Of a DNA stretch of 64,000 bases, positions 1 through 8,248 are shown in pieces; the stretch's first letter is position 1; each line of letters begins with the position of its first letter. The stretch is taken from positions 31,308-95,307 of the forward strand of contig JBDRLU010000069.1 of the NCBI GenBank assembly GCA_043812795.1, written 5' to 3'. A program made the position numbers and the translations under genes. Origin of the DNA: Chloroflexota bacterium. GTDB taxonomy: Bacteria; Chloroflexota; Dehalococcoidia; Dehalococcoidales; UBA2162. The notes beneath the pieces are model-generated. The model was not told where the DNA came from. It made no database searches and worked only from the letters and a program-made list of their open reading frames with translations.

Positions 1-372
1 GAGGTAGTGCTGGGTATCGCCGAACACCATGGCGAAACAGGCACGATGAGTGTCTGGGGCTATATTACTTCAGCTGCCGATGCTATCAGCAGCGCCCGAC
101 CCGGGGCACGGCGTGAGTCTCTGGAAAACTACCTGAAACGGCTCAAGGCGCTCGAAGATATTGCCAATGGTTTCAAGGGAGTGAAGGAGTCCTTTGCTAT
201 CCAGGCCGGCCGCGAAATCCGTATTCTGGTCAAACCAGAGGAGGTCGATGACCTTGCCTCGATGCGGCTGGCTCGTGATATCGTCAAGAAAATAGAGGAA
301 GGGCTGGAGTACCCCGGCCAGATAAAGGTTACCGTACTGAGGGAAACGAGGGCGGTTGATTATGCCAAGTAG
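1..372 (+). CDS. rny: Ribonuclease Y, C-terminal fragment (gene starts upstream of the window)
   Basis: The frame is open from nt 1. The translation ..[58 protein letters not shown] has the HD-domain/C-terminal pattern of RNase Y. It is followed by a ymdB-type gene, as in the conserved rny-ymdB pair. Confidence 0.85.
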   Translation, partial: EVVLGIAEHHGETGTMSVWGYITSAADAISSARPGARRESLENYLKRLKALEDIANGFKGVKESFAIQAGREIRILVKPEEVDDLASMRLARDIVKKIEEGLEYPGQIKVTVLRETRAVDYAK

Positions 373-399
373 CCTATTTTGTCATCGAGTGGAGAAACG

Positions 400-1167
400 G
401 TGTTAATATTAGCCATCGGCGATGTCATCGGCCAGCCGGGCCGGCGGGCCGTTAAGAAAGTCCTGCCTGGGCTGCAGAAGCGATACGGACTCGACCTGGT
501 CATTGCCAACGGCGAAAATGCCGCCGGTGGCATCGGCCTCACGCCGGGAACGGCCGAAGAACTCTTTAATGCCGGCGTCGATGTGTTGACTTCGGGCAAT
601 CACATCTGGGCGCAGAAAGATATTATACCGCACCTGAACGGAGAAATGCCCATCATCCGTCCGCTTAATTATCCGACGGGCGTGCCGGGACGGGGTTATC
701 TGGTGACGGGCCGGGCGGTTATCGTGAACTTAATCGGGCGGACTTTTATCGGCAATTTCGATTGTCCCTTCCAGGCGATGGACCAGTTCCTTTCCGAACT
801 CCGGAACCATTCGCCGGTTATCATTGTTGATTTCCATGCCGAAGCTACCTCAGAGAAAGTGGCCATGGGCTACTATCTGGACGGGCGGGTCAGCGCCGTA
901 CTGGGAACGCATACCCACGTCGGCACGATTGATGCCCGGTTACTCCCCAAGGGTACGGCCTACGTCACCGATATCGGGATGACCGGCCCGACGGAATCTG
1001 TCATTGGCGACGATATCGATTCGGTACTACAGCGCTTCTTGACGGCGATACCCAACCGACTCTCGGTCGGACACGGCAAAACAACGCTTAATGCCATTCT
1101 CGTCGAGGTAGATGATAAGACAGGCAAAGCAATCAGTATCGAACGACTTTCCCGGGAGGTAGATTAG
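400..1167 (+). CDS. ymdB: YmdB-like metallophosphoesterase (TIGR00282 family, 2',3'-cyclic-nucleotide phosphodiesterase type)
   Basis: ILAIGDVIGQPGR..VIANGENAAGGIGLT..SGNHIW..DFHAEATSEK..GTHTHV are calcineurin-like motifs. The GTG at 400 is preceded by GGAG. The ORF track starts at TTG 379. Confidence 0.8.
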   Translation: MLILAIGDVIGQPGRRAVKKVLPGLQKRYGLDLVIANGENAAGGIGLTPGTAEELFNAGVDVLTSGNHIWAQKDIIPHLNGEMPIIRPLNYPTGVPGRGYLVTGRAVIVNLIGRTFIGNFDCPFQAMDQFLSELRNHSPVIIVDFHAEATSEKVAMGYYLDGRVSAVLGTHTHVGTIDARLLPKGTAYVTDIGMTGPTESVIGDDIDSVLQRFLTAIPNRLSVGHGKTTLNAILVEVDDKTGKAISIERLSREVD

Positions 1168-2021
1168 TGGCGTCTAAAGTGGACCTTCACATCCACTCCA
1201 CGGCGTCCGATGGGCGCTATAGCCCGGCCGAGATTGTTCAGAAAGCCGCCGCCGCCGGACTGGCCGTCATGGCTCTGGCCGACCACGACACCGTTGCCGG
1301 CATTGTGCCAGCCCTCGAAGCGGTCAGGGCTTATCCCGGCCTGAGACTGATACCCTGCGTTGAAATCAATACCGATGTGGCTTCGGGCGAGGCCCACGTC
1401 CTCGGCTACTTCATCGACTATACTTGCGAGGAGTTGCTGACTAATCTCCAGCGAATGCGCGGTTCACGGGAGGAACGGGCCAAAGGTATGATGGCCAAGC
1501 TGGACAAACTCGGCCTGCCTCTCGCTTGGGAGCGTGTTCGGGAGTTAGCGAGCGGCGGTAGCATCGGCCGCCCTCATATTGCTCAAGCCATGCTGGAGAA
1601 AGGCTATATTCACACCATTAGAGAGGCCTTCGATAAGTATATCGGCTGGGGAGGGCCGGCTTACGTCGAACGTAAAAAAATGACTCCGGTCGAAGCCGTG
1701 AAGCTGGTGCTGGCGGCTAGCGGCCTGCCGGTACTGGCGCACCCGTTTACTTTCGAGAACCCCGAAGCCATGATTACGGAACTGAAAGCCGCCGGTCTAA
1801 TCGGACTGGAAGCCTATTACGGGAGCTATTCGGCGTCCCAAGTCAATCGGCTGGTCGGGCTCGCTCAGGAAAACCACTTGCTTACCACCGGCGGCAGCGA
1901 TTATCACGGCCTCGATGAAAGTGCCGAGGTCCCTATCGGTGGTGTTAACGTACCCCTGGCGTCAGCCGAACGGCTTTTTACCTTGGCCAAGCAGCAAAAC
2001 CTCAAAATGGCTCGTCCGTAG
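1167..2021 (+). CDS. PHP-domain phosphoesterase (TrpH/YciV-like)
   Basis: VDLHIHSTASDG..LALADHDT..AHP..GGSDYHG is the PHP metal-binding pattern. The start overlaps the stop of the upstream gene by 1 nt. Confidence 0.8.
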   Translation: MASKVDLHIHSTASDGRYSPAEIVQKAAAAGLAVMALADHDTVAGIVPALEAVRAYPGLRLIPCVEINTDVASGEAHVLGYFIDYTCEELLTNLQRMRGSREERAKGMMAKLDKLGLPLAWERVRELASGGSIGRPHIAQAMLEKGYIHTIREAFDKYIGWGGPAYVERKKMTPVEAVKLVLAASGLPVLAHPFTFENPEAMITELKAAGLIGLEAYYGSYSASQVNRLVGLAQENHLLTTGGSDYHGLDESAEVPIGGVNVPLASAERLFTLAKQQNLKMARP

Positions 2022-2033
2022 CTAAGGAGGCCC

Positions 2034-2756
2034 ATTATCATTGAGTTTATCTTCCTGCTACTCGGAGCTTATCTCTTAGGCTCGATACCGGCTGCCTATC
2101 TGGTCGGCAAGTGGTCACGGGGGATTGACATCAGGCACCATGGCAGCGGTAACGTTGGTGCTTCGAATATCCTGAGCGTCTCGAAATGGTGGTCTTTACC
2201 GGTCATCATTTTCGATGCGGGCAAAGGAATGTTACCGGTCTATCTGGCCCGCACACTTGGTTTACCGGACTACCAGGCGGTAATTATCGGTCTGGCGGCC
2301 ATCATCGGGCACAGCTGGCCGGTCTTCCTTCACTTTAACGGTGGTCGCGGCATCCTGACCGCCTTTGGTGTAGTTTTTGCCTTAGCTCCCTGGCTCGCCG
2401 TGGCCATGACCATTCTCGCTTTTGCCGGCCTGCCCTTCGGGTTATTCAGCCTCACGGCGCTTTTCGTTATCGTATTACTACCCATTTTGAGCTGGTTTGC
2501 CAGTCAACCATTCAGGATTGAACAATCGCTGGCGCTAACTCTGGGGCTGGTCGCATTATTACTTCTGGCCATCATCCGGCGACTGACCGCACTGCGGACG
2601 TCGCTCACCGCTTCGGTCACAACACGAGAGCTAATTATCAACCGCCTGCTTTTCGACCGGGACATACGCGATAGGAAGAAGTGGCTTAACCGGAATGAGG
2701 AGCATGTGTCAGACCAACCCAAGCAAAAGAGCCTGAACACTAGCAAGAACAAATGA
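2034..2756 (+). CDS. plsY: Glycerol-3-phosphate acyltransferase PlsY (start codon non-canonical or unresolved)
   Basis: The ORF track begins at ATG 2229. The same frame is open back to the TAG at 2019-2021 and encodes IIIEFIFLLLGAYLLGSIPAAYLVGKWSRGIDIRHHGSGNVGASNI..DAGKG, the conserved PlsY N-terminus. An AAGGAGG Shine-Dalgarno sits at 2024-2030. Confidence 0.8.
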   Translation: MIIEFIFLLLGAYLLGSIPAAYLVGKWSRGIDIRHHGSGNVGASNILSVSKWWSLPVIIFDAGKGMLPVYLARTLGLPDYQAVIIGLAAIIGHSWPVFLHFNGGRGILTAFGVVFALAPWLAVAMTILAFAGLPFGLFSLTALFVIVLLPILSWFASQPFRIEQSLALTLGLVALLLLAIIRRLTALRTSLTASVTTRELIINRLLFDRDIRDRKKWLNRNEEHVSDQPKQKSLNTSKNK

Positions 2757-2829
2757 GTGGCATTCTATCTAGTCATCATTAAGGAAATAAGATAAGGTGG
2801 ACATCTGGCACTGGCCGAAGGGGGTGGGT

Positions 2830-3393
2830 ATGAAGAATATGCCCGAGAGGGCAGGTAGGCGGCCAAATCTGTTAACGGTTCCTATTACAATTATTCTAAT
2901 TCTTACTTTTCTTGCCGGGTGTACAAAAGCACCGGCACAACCTTTACCGATACCACCAAGTTCGGTAAACTTCGGTGACGAGCCAGCACCACCTTACACA
3001 CTAGAATTATCGTTTCCCAACGGCGCACCGGCATTAAACCAAGTAGCAGAACTAAAAGGTGTGATAAAAAACAAGAATGTAGAGATGGTCGGTGTCAACA
3101 TCCTAGCAAGTTTACCTGAAGGTTTTGAACTAATAAGCGGTAATATTTCCTGGTCAGCAAATAGCCTGCCGTATGGGGATACAGAGGTAATAAGTGCACA
3201 ACTCAAAGCCATCAAGACGGGCAATTGGACAATTGAGGTGCGCTTGAACGAGGGCAATAGCGTTGGATACCCTGAGGGAGGAGCTAGACATCCCATTTAT
3301 GTTTCAGTACAAGAAAATTCTGCGGAATGGGGTGTCTATCCACCATGGCTAAAGAACAACAGTCCCACGACCCCGGTTCAAAGAACAGATTAG
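2830..3393 (+). CDS. Hypothetical lipoprotein
   Basis: ATG 2830 follows GGGGTGG. There is a signal peptide with the lipobox LTFLAGC. I recognise no family. Confidence 0.5.
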   Translation: MKNMPERAGRRPNLLTVPITIILILTFLAGCTKAPAQPLPIPPSSVNFGDEPAPPYTLELSFPNGAPALNQVAELKGVIKNKNVEMVGVNILASLPEGFELISGNISWSANSLPYGDTEVISAQLKAIKTGNWTIEVRLNEGNSVGYPEGGARHPIYVSVQENSAEWGVYPPWLKNNSPTTPVQRTD

Positions 3394-3415
3394 CCTTCAG
3401 GAAAGAGAGGAAAAA

Positions 3416-3442
3416 ATAAGAGGGAGCAAAGCTCCCTCTTAT
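3416..3442. terminator. Hairpin between convergent genes (candidate bidirectional terminator)
   Basis: ATAAGAGGGAGC-aaa-GCTCCCTCTTAT is a perfect 12-bp stem. An A-run lies upstream, and TAT plus T-poor sequence lies downstream. Confidence 0.55.
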
Positions 3443-3468
3443 GATACATAGTAAAAGGTTGCAGCTAA

Positions 3469-4398
3469 TTAAAGACCACGGAAAATCTTGATAACCTCGA
3501 TGGCAGCCGCCCGTGGATTAGTTTTCCGCTGGGCCAGGTCGTCAACCAGCTTATCCAGATAGTCCTGGTCCATTCTCTCGATGTGTTCTTGGAGGATGCA
3601 CTCGATAGCCATCAGTAGCTCGATTCTGGCCCTTTCCCGGCGGCGCTTTCCCATCTCATTATGGGTAATGATGAATTCTTTATGTTCCAGAATCCCGTCA
3701 GCCAGCTCGTCGATACCACGCCCTGAAGTTGCTTCAGTCAGGATAACCCGTGGTTTCCAGGCCTCCGGCGGATACTTCTTCATGCCCAGCATAACTTCCA
3801 GCCATGTCTTTACGTTCTCCGCGCCTTCCCGGTCGGCCTTGTTGACCGCGAAAATATCGGCCACCTCCAAGATACCGGCCTTCATCATCTGGATTTCGTC
3901 GCCCATTCCCGGCGTCATGACAACCAGAGTGGTATCCGCTACGCGGGCTACATCAACCTCATTCTGACCGGCACCGACCGTCTCGACAAAGATGATGTCT
4001 TTGCCCATGGCATCCATAACATGTACCACGTTTACTGTACATTTGGATAACCCACCCCGCCAGCCCCGGGATGCCAGGCTGCGGATAAAGACGTCATTAT
4101 CACTTCCACAGGCCTGCATGCGGATTCTATCGCCGAGTATCGCCCCGCCCGTGAAAGGGCTCGTCGGGTCGACGCAGACCACGCCGATGGTCATCTCCTT
4201 CTTACGAAAGGCAGCAATCAAGGCACCGATAAGCGAGCTCTTGCCGGCACCAGGGGCACCGGTCAGCCCCACGATATAAGCATTACCGGTCTCGTGGTAA
4301 ACATTTTCCATCGCTTCCAGGGCTTCAGGTGCTTCGTCTTCTATCCCTCGCATCAATCTGGCTGCGGCTAAAACGTCGCCTTCTTTAACTTTGCTCAT
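3469..4398 (-). CDS. meaB: MeaB/ArgK-type G3E GTPase (methylmalonyl-CoA mutase-associated chaperone family)
   Basis: The P-loop is GLTGAPGAGKSSLI. Also present are VDPTSPFTGGAILGDR, ETVGAGQ and NKAD motifs. Confidence 0.85.
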   Translation of the reverse strand: MSKVKEGDVLAAARLMRGIEDEAPEALEAMENVYHETGNAYIVGLTGAPGAGKSSLIGALIAAFRKKEMTIGVVCVDPTSPFTGGAILGDRIRMQACGSDNDVFIRSLASRGWRGGLSKCTVNVVHVMDAMGKDIIFVETVGAGQNEVDVARVADTTLVVMTPGMGDEIQMMKAGILEVADIFAVNKADREGAENVKTWLEVMLGMKKYPPEAWKPRVILTEATSGRGIDELADGILEHKEFIITHNEMGKRRRERARIELLMAIECILQEHIERMDQDYLDKLVDDLAQRKTNPRAAAIEVIKIFRGL

Positions 4399-4469
4399 AA
4401 GTTGTAGGTCACCTCCAAAGTGGTTCTAAAATCTATTATCGCATTTTTTGCTCTACTTGTGAAACAGGC

Positions 4470-6026
4470 TTAACTTTTGGCATACTGCTCGCGCAGCACT
4501 CTTTTCAGCACCTTACCCATCGGATTACGCGGCAGGTCATCGACGAATACCACGCCTCTCGGTCTCTTGTAGCTGGCCAGATTTGCCCGGCAATACTCCA
4601 TCAATTCTTCGGGCGTTGCCTGGACTCCCTGCTTGAGGACGGTAATTGCCAGCGGTAGTTCTCCCCACTCCAAATCAGGCACGCCGATGACGGCGACGTC
4701 GTCAACTTTCGGATTGGTACGCAGTACTGCCTCGACTTCCTCTGGAGAAATAAGCTCCCCGGCCCGTTTAATCATATCCGTGTTACGGCCCGCCAGGAAG
4801 AAATAGCCGTCCTCATCCCGGTAGCCCAAATCGCCGGTATGGACCCAGCCTTCTTTGTCGATGGTCTTATCCGTTTTCTCTTTGTCTTTCCAGTACCCGC
4901 TCATGACCCGCGGCCCGCGGGCGACAATCTCGCCGACCTCACCTGGCGGCAGGTCCTGGCTGCTTTCATCGATGACCTTCATTTCAACATCTGCCATCGG
5001 TTTGCCGATGGAAGAAAGTCGCTTTAACCTCTTCTCCTTTTCGGCTTCGGTGCCGCTAATATTATGGTCTTCCGGGCCGAGCATGGTCACCGTTGAGGCT
5101 GTCTCCGTCTGACCGAAGGCATTGATAAAGCCCACGCCCGGGAAAACCTCGACGGCTTTCTTAATAATCTCGAAGGGCATCGGGGCGGCTCCGTAGGTAA
5201 TGACCTTCAGACTGCGCAGGTTATACTTGTTAAAATCGGGGTGGTCCATCAGTTGCTTCAGCATGGTGGGCACCATCATCGCCCGGCTGACTTTCTCTCC
5301 CTGTACCAGCTCCATCCATTCCTTGGGGTCGAACTGCCGTTCCATAACCAGCGTCCGCCCTCCATAAATAGCGGCCATCATCGCCTGCATGCCGGCAATA
5401 TGATAGAGCGGCACGGTCAGGATATTTTTTTCGTTTGTCTCCGGGTCAGCGGGCGTAACATTTTCCAAAACATAAACGGAGAAGCTATTGTGAGAGAGCA
5501 TGACTCCTTTGGGGAAGCCGGTAGTGCCCGCAGTGTACATCAGTATCGTCGTGTCATTATCATCAACTTCGGTGAAGATATCGTCGGTCGGAGACGAGGT
5601 AATCAAGTCCTCGTAATACAGCATACCTTCCTGTTTCTTATCGAGCGAGACAAGATTTTTGAGCGATTTCGCCTCAGACTTTACCGACTCAGCCAGCTCG
5701 GTATAGCGGTCGCCGACAAAGATAGTGGTCGCTTCCGAGCTATTGAGCAGATAGACAAGCTCGCTGGCCTTAGCCCTGAAGTTCAAGGGCAGGTAAATAC
5801 CACCAATCTTGGCCGTGGCGAAATAGGCTTCGACACACTGGTTGGTGTTCACCTGCATCATCGCTATCCGGTCGCCTTTTTTCACGCCCAGCTTCAGCAA
5901 GGCATTCCCCAGGCGAGTGGCCCGTTCATTAAGCTGGCTATAGGTGTATCTCTTGTCTTCAAAAACAATAGCTTCTTTATCCGGGCAGATGGACGCGGCA
6001 ATAGTGAGAAATTCGGCTGTGTTCAT
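4470..6026 (-). CDS. AMP-dependent acyl-CoA synthetase/ligase
   Basis: MYTAGTTGFPKGV is the AMP-binding signature. Also present are GQTE, TGDLGYRDEDGYF and KVLKR C-terminal motifs. Confidence 0.85.
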   Translation of the reverse strand: MNTAEFLTIAASICPDKEAIVFEDKRYTYSQLNERATRLGNALLKLGVKKGDRIAMMQVNTNQCVEAYFATAKIGGIYLPLNFRAKASELVYLLNSSEATTIFVGDRYTELAESVKSEAKSLKNLVSLDKKQEGMLYYEDLITSSPTDDIFTEVDDNDTTILMYTAGTTGFPKGVMLSHNSFSVYVLENVTPADPETNEKNILTVPLYHIAGMQAMMAAIYGGRTLVMERQFDPKEWMELVQGEKVSRAMMVPTMLKQLMDHPDFNKYNLRSLKVITYGAAPMPFEIIKKAVEVFPGVGFINAFGQTETASTVTMLGPEDHNISGTEAEKEKRLKRLSSIGKPMADVEMKVIDESSQDLPPGEVGEIVARGPRVMSGYWKDKEKTDKTIDKEGWVHTGDLGYRDEDGYFFLAGRNTDMIKRAGELISPEEVEAVLRTNPKVDDVAVIGVPDLEWGELPLAITVLKQGVQATPEELMEYCRANLASYKRPRGVVFVDDLPRNPMGKVLKRVLREQYAKS

Positions 6027-6056
6027 TTTTGGTCGTTTACCTCCATTTAATTTAGT

Positions 6057-6806
6057 TTAGCTTACTATCTGATGGTGGCGCAATAAATATCCACCCAGCC
6101 TGGCCTCCAGTTCCAGCCCTTGCTCCAGACTCAGGTCGAGTCCGCGGGTAATTGCCTGTTTGGCACAACTGAGGGTACACTGGTCATGGACTTTGATTTT
6201 ATTGGTCATTCTTTCGGCAGCGGGTAGCAGGTCAGCGCGAGATACCACCTGATTTACTAGCTTTAAGCGGCGGGCTTCTTCAGCCTTGACCCATCGTCCG
6301 GTCAGCAACACTTCCAGGGCAGGCGCTCTGCCGATTGCTCTGGGTAATGTCTGGCTGCCGCCAGCGGCCGGAATAATTCCCAGCCCCATCTCGGGAACGC
6401 CAAATTGAGCATCTTCCGAAGCTAACCTGATATCACAGCAAAGAGCGATTTCGATGCCCGACCCGAGAACGTAGCCGTGGAGGGCGGCAATCAGGGGCTT
6501 ATCGATACTCAGGAAAAGGCCCCAGATATCGCGTTCCCAGCGCGCCTTTCGGGCAATTATCGGTGACGGGGCAGTGAGAAACTCGCTAAGGTCGGCACCG
6601 GCACAAAAAGCCCGCTCTCCGGCGCCCTTAAAAATAGCTACCTTTACTTCCGGGTCATCTTTGATGGCGCCCAGTACTTCGTAAAGCTCGTCCCTCATCT
6701 GAATATTATAAGCGTTTAAGAGCTGAGGGCGGTTAAGGGTGACGTAACCGACCCCATCGTGCTTCTCGTAAATGATTACTCCGAAATTATTCATCGTGCT
6801 TATCAA
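6057..6806 (-). CDS. Enoyl-CoA hydratase/isomerase (crotonase family)
   Basis: FCAGADL..GYVLGSGIEIALCCDIRLAS..PEMGLGIIP is the crotonase oxyanion-hole pattern. Confidence 0.85.
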   Translation of the reverse strand: MISTMNNFGVIIYEKHDGVGYVTLNRPQLLNAYNIQMRDELYEVLGAIKDDPEVKVAIFKGAGERAFCAGADLSEFLTAPSPIIARKARWERDIWGLFLSIDKPLIAALHGYVLGSGIEIALCCDIRLASEDAQFGVPEMGLGIIPAAGGSQTLPRAIGRAPALEVLLTGRWVKAEEARRLKLVNQVVSRADLLPAAERMTNKIKVHDQCTLSCAKQAITRGLDLSLEQGLELEARLGGYLLRHHQIVS

Positions 6807-6808
6807 AA

Positions 6809-7606
6809 TTACTGTCCCTTGAACTGCGGACTTCTTTTCTCCAGGAAAGCATGGATACCTTCGGTCCGGTCGGCAGTCGTATGCAACAGAAAGTAAAGGT
6901 CGGCTTCCAGACGAAGCCCCTGCTCCATGGTTAAATCCAGCCCTTTATTGACGGCTTCCTTAATGAACCGTAAGGCAATGGGTGCCTTTCCTGCCATCGT
7001 CTCAGCCATGGACTCGACTTCCGGAATCAGGTTGGCCGGCGTGACGACTTTACTTACGAGGCTTATTTCCAGTGCTACTCCGGCACTTATCGTTTCACCG
7101 GTGAAAATCATTTCCAGAGCTTTACTCCGCCCCACGATGCGGGGCAGCCGCTGCGTTCCTCCGTCCATCGGGATAAGACCGGACGATACCTGGGGAAAAC
7201 CGAACTTTGCCTTAGGTACTGTCAGCCTGATGTCACAGCTCAACGCTAACTCCAAGCCCTCCCCGAGTGCGTCCCCATTAATCGCCGCAATAACCGGTTT
7301 TTCGATGTCGGCGATAGCCTTAGCCACATTATACTGCGAGCAATCTTTCGCTTCGGCTGAAGATATCTGACTACGTTGAAGTACTCTCTCGCATTCGCTA
7401 CCCGCACAGAACGCCCGGCTGCCGGCTCCGGTAAGTATCACCGCATGAATACCATCATTGCGGCCTATCTCGGAGCAAATATCTATTAACTCTTGGGTAA
7501 GCTGCCGGTTAATAACATTACCTGCTCTCGGCCGGTTCAAGGTTATGCGGGCAACATGCCCTTTTTCGGTGTAAAGAACGGTGCCAGACACAGTGTATGC
7601 TCTCAC
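6809..7606 (-). CDS. Enoyl-CoA hydratase/isomerase (crotonase family), second copy
   Basis: FCAGSE..GDALGEGLELALSCDIRL..PQVSSGLIP. It sits 2 nt upstream of the paralog. Confidence 0.85.
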   Translation of the reverse strand: MRAYTVSGTVLYTEKGHVARITLNRPRAGNVINRQLTQELIDICSEIGRNDGIHAVILTGAGSRAFCAGSECERVLQRSQISSAEAKDCSQYNVAKAIADIEKPVIAAINGDALGEGLELALSCDIRLTVPKAKFGFPQVSSGLIPMDGGTQRLPRIVGRSKALEMIFTGETISAGVALEISLVSKVVTPANLIPEVESMAETMAGKAPIALRFIKEAVNKGLDLTMEQGLRLEADLYFLLHTTADRTEGIHAFLEKRSPQFKGQ

Positions 7607-7707
7607 CTCTGGTTAAGGCAAATGCCAACCTATCTTACCCGACCATGCCGATAACGTCAAGGCTTATCGTAAGTAACGACCAGTAAAGCCGCCGTAAGCC
7701 ACCGGCA

Positions 7708-8157
7708 CTAGAGTTTACTAACCCAGGAGGGAACTCTGACCTCACCAAGGTCATGCCTGGGGATATAAGGCTTGATATCTATTACCGGCGTGCCGTCAAA
7801 AGCGTCGAGCCCCTTTACCTTTAAGACATTACCCTGGCATTGGAGCAAACGGACGACGGTCTCGCCGATTCGATTCGGCCGGTTAGGCGTTCGCGTGGCA
7901 AAAAGCCCGAGCAGTGGCAGTTCCGGCTTACCCTTGGGATGAATCATGAGCGGCATCTCAGTCTTAGTTATTCGGTGCATCCAGCAGAGAGTTACAATAT
8001 GGGAGAATTCGTCCAGGCCAGCCAAGGCTTCAATTAGGCTGTCGTCAATTACAATGTCAGAAATGATTTCGCCCCAGTCCGGAGGTGGTCCAGCTCTCAC
8101 CCTGTTTTTGACCACACCAACTGCCTTCAGCTTCATGTTACCCGCTTCTCCTGCCAT
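7708..8157 (-). CDS. trmO: TsaA/YaeB-family methyltransferase (TrmO-like)
   Basis: ..FSHI..WMH.....HPKG......GLFATRTPNRPNRIG..V.L......L.V.GLDAFDGTPVIDIKPY is the TsaA-like domain pattern. AGGAGG precedes ATG 8157. Confidence 0.75.
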   Translation of the reverse strand: MAGEAGNMKLKAVGVVKNRVRAGPPPDWGEIISDIVIDDSLIEALAGLDEFSHIVTLCWMHRITKTEMPLMIHPKGKPELPLLGLFATRTPNRPNRIGETVVRLLQCQGNVLKVKGLDAFDGTPVIDIKPYIPRHDLGEVRVPSWVSKL

Positions 8158-8181
8158 TATCTCCTCCTCAACCCAGTTATA

Positions 8182-8218
8182 AAAAGGGAGTGCCGATATT
8201 GAATCGGCACTCCCTTTT
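8182..8218 (-). terminator. Rho-independent terminator downstream of the solute-binding protein gene
   Basis: AAAAGGGAGTGCCGAT-5 nt loop-ATCGGCACTCCCTTTT. On the minus strand the stem is followed by a T-run. Confidence 0.7.
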
Positions 8219-8248
8219 AACTTGCTGCCAGGCTTGCCAGGCTAGTAC

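Noticed and set aside
5241-6050. Long ORFs antisense to well-supported genes: 5241..6050(+), 8495..9082(+), 25213..25890(-), 34946..35458(-), 36475..37014(-), 40610..41167(-), 45179..45784(-), 26154..26618(-) and many shorter ones.
   Set aside because: Each lies entirely within, and opposite to, a gene with strong family motifs. Their translations are low-complexity or Arg/Ser/Pro-rich with no recognisable domains. This is typical of shadow ORFs in moderately GC-rich DNA.
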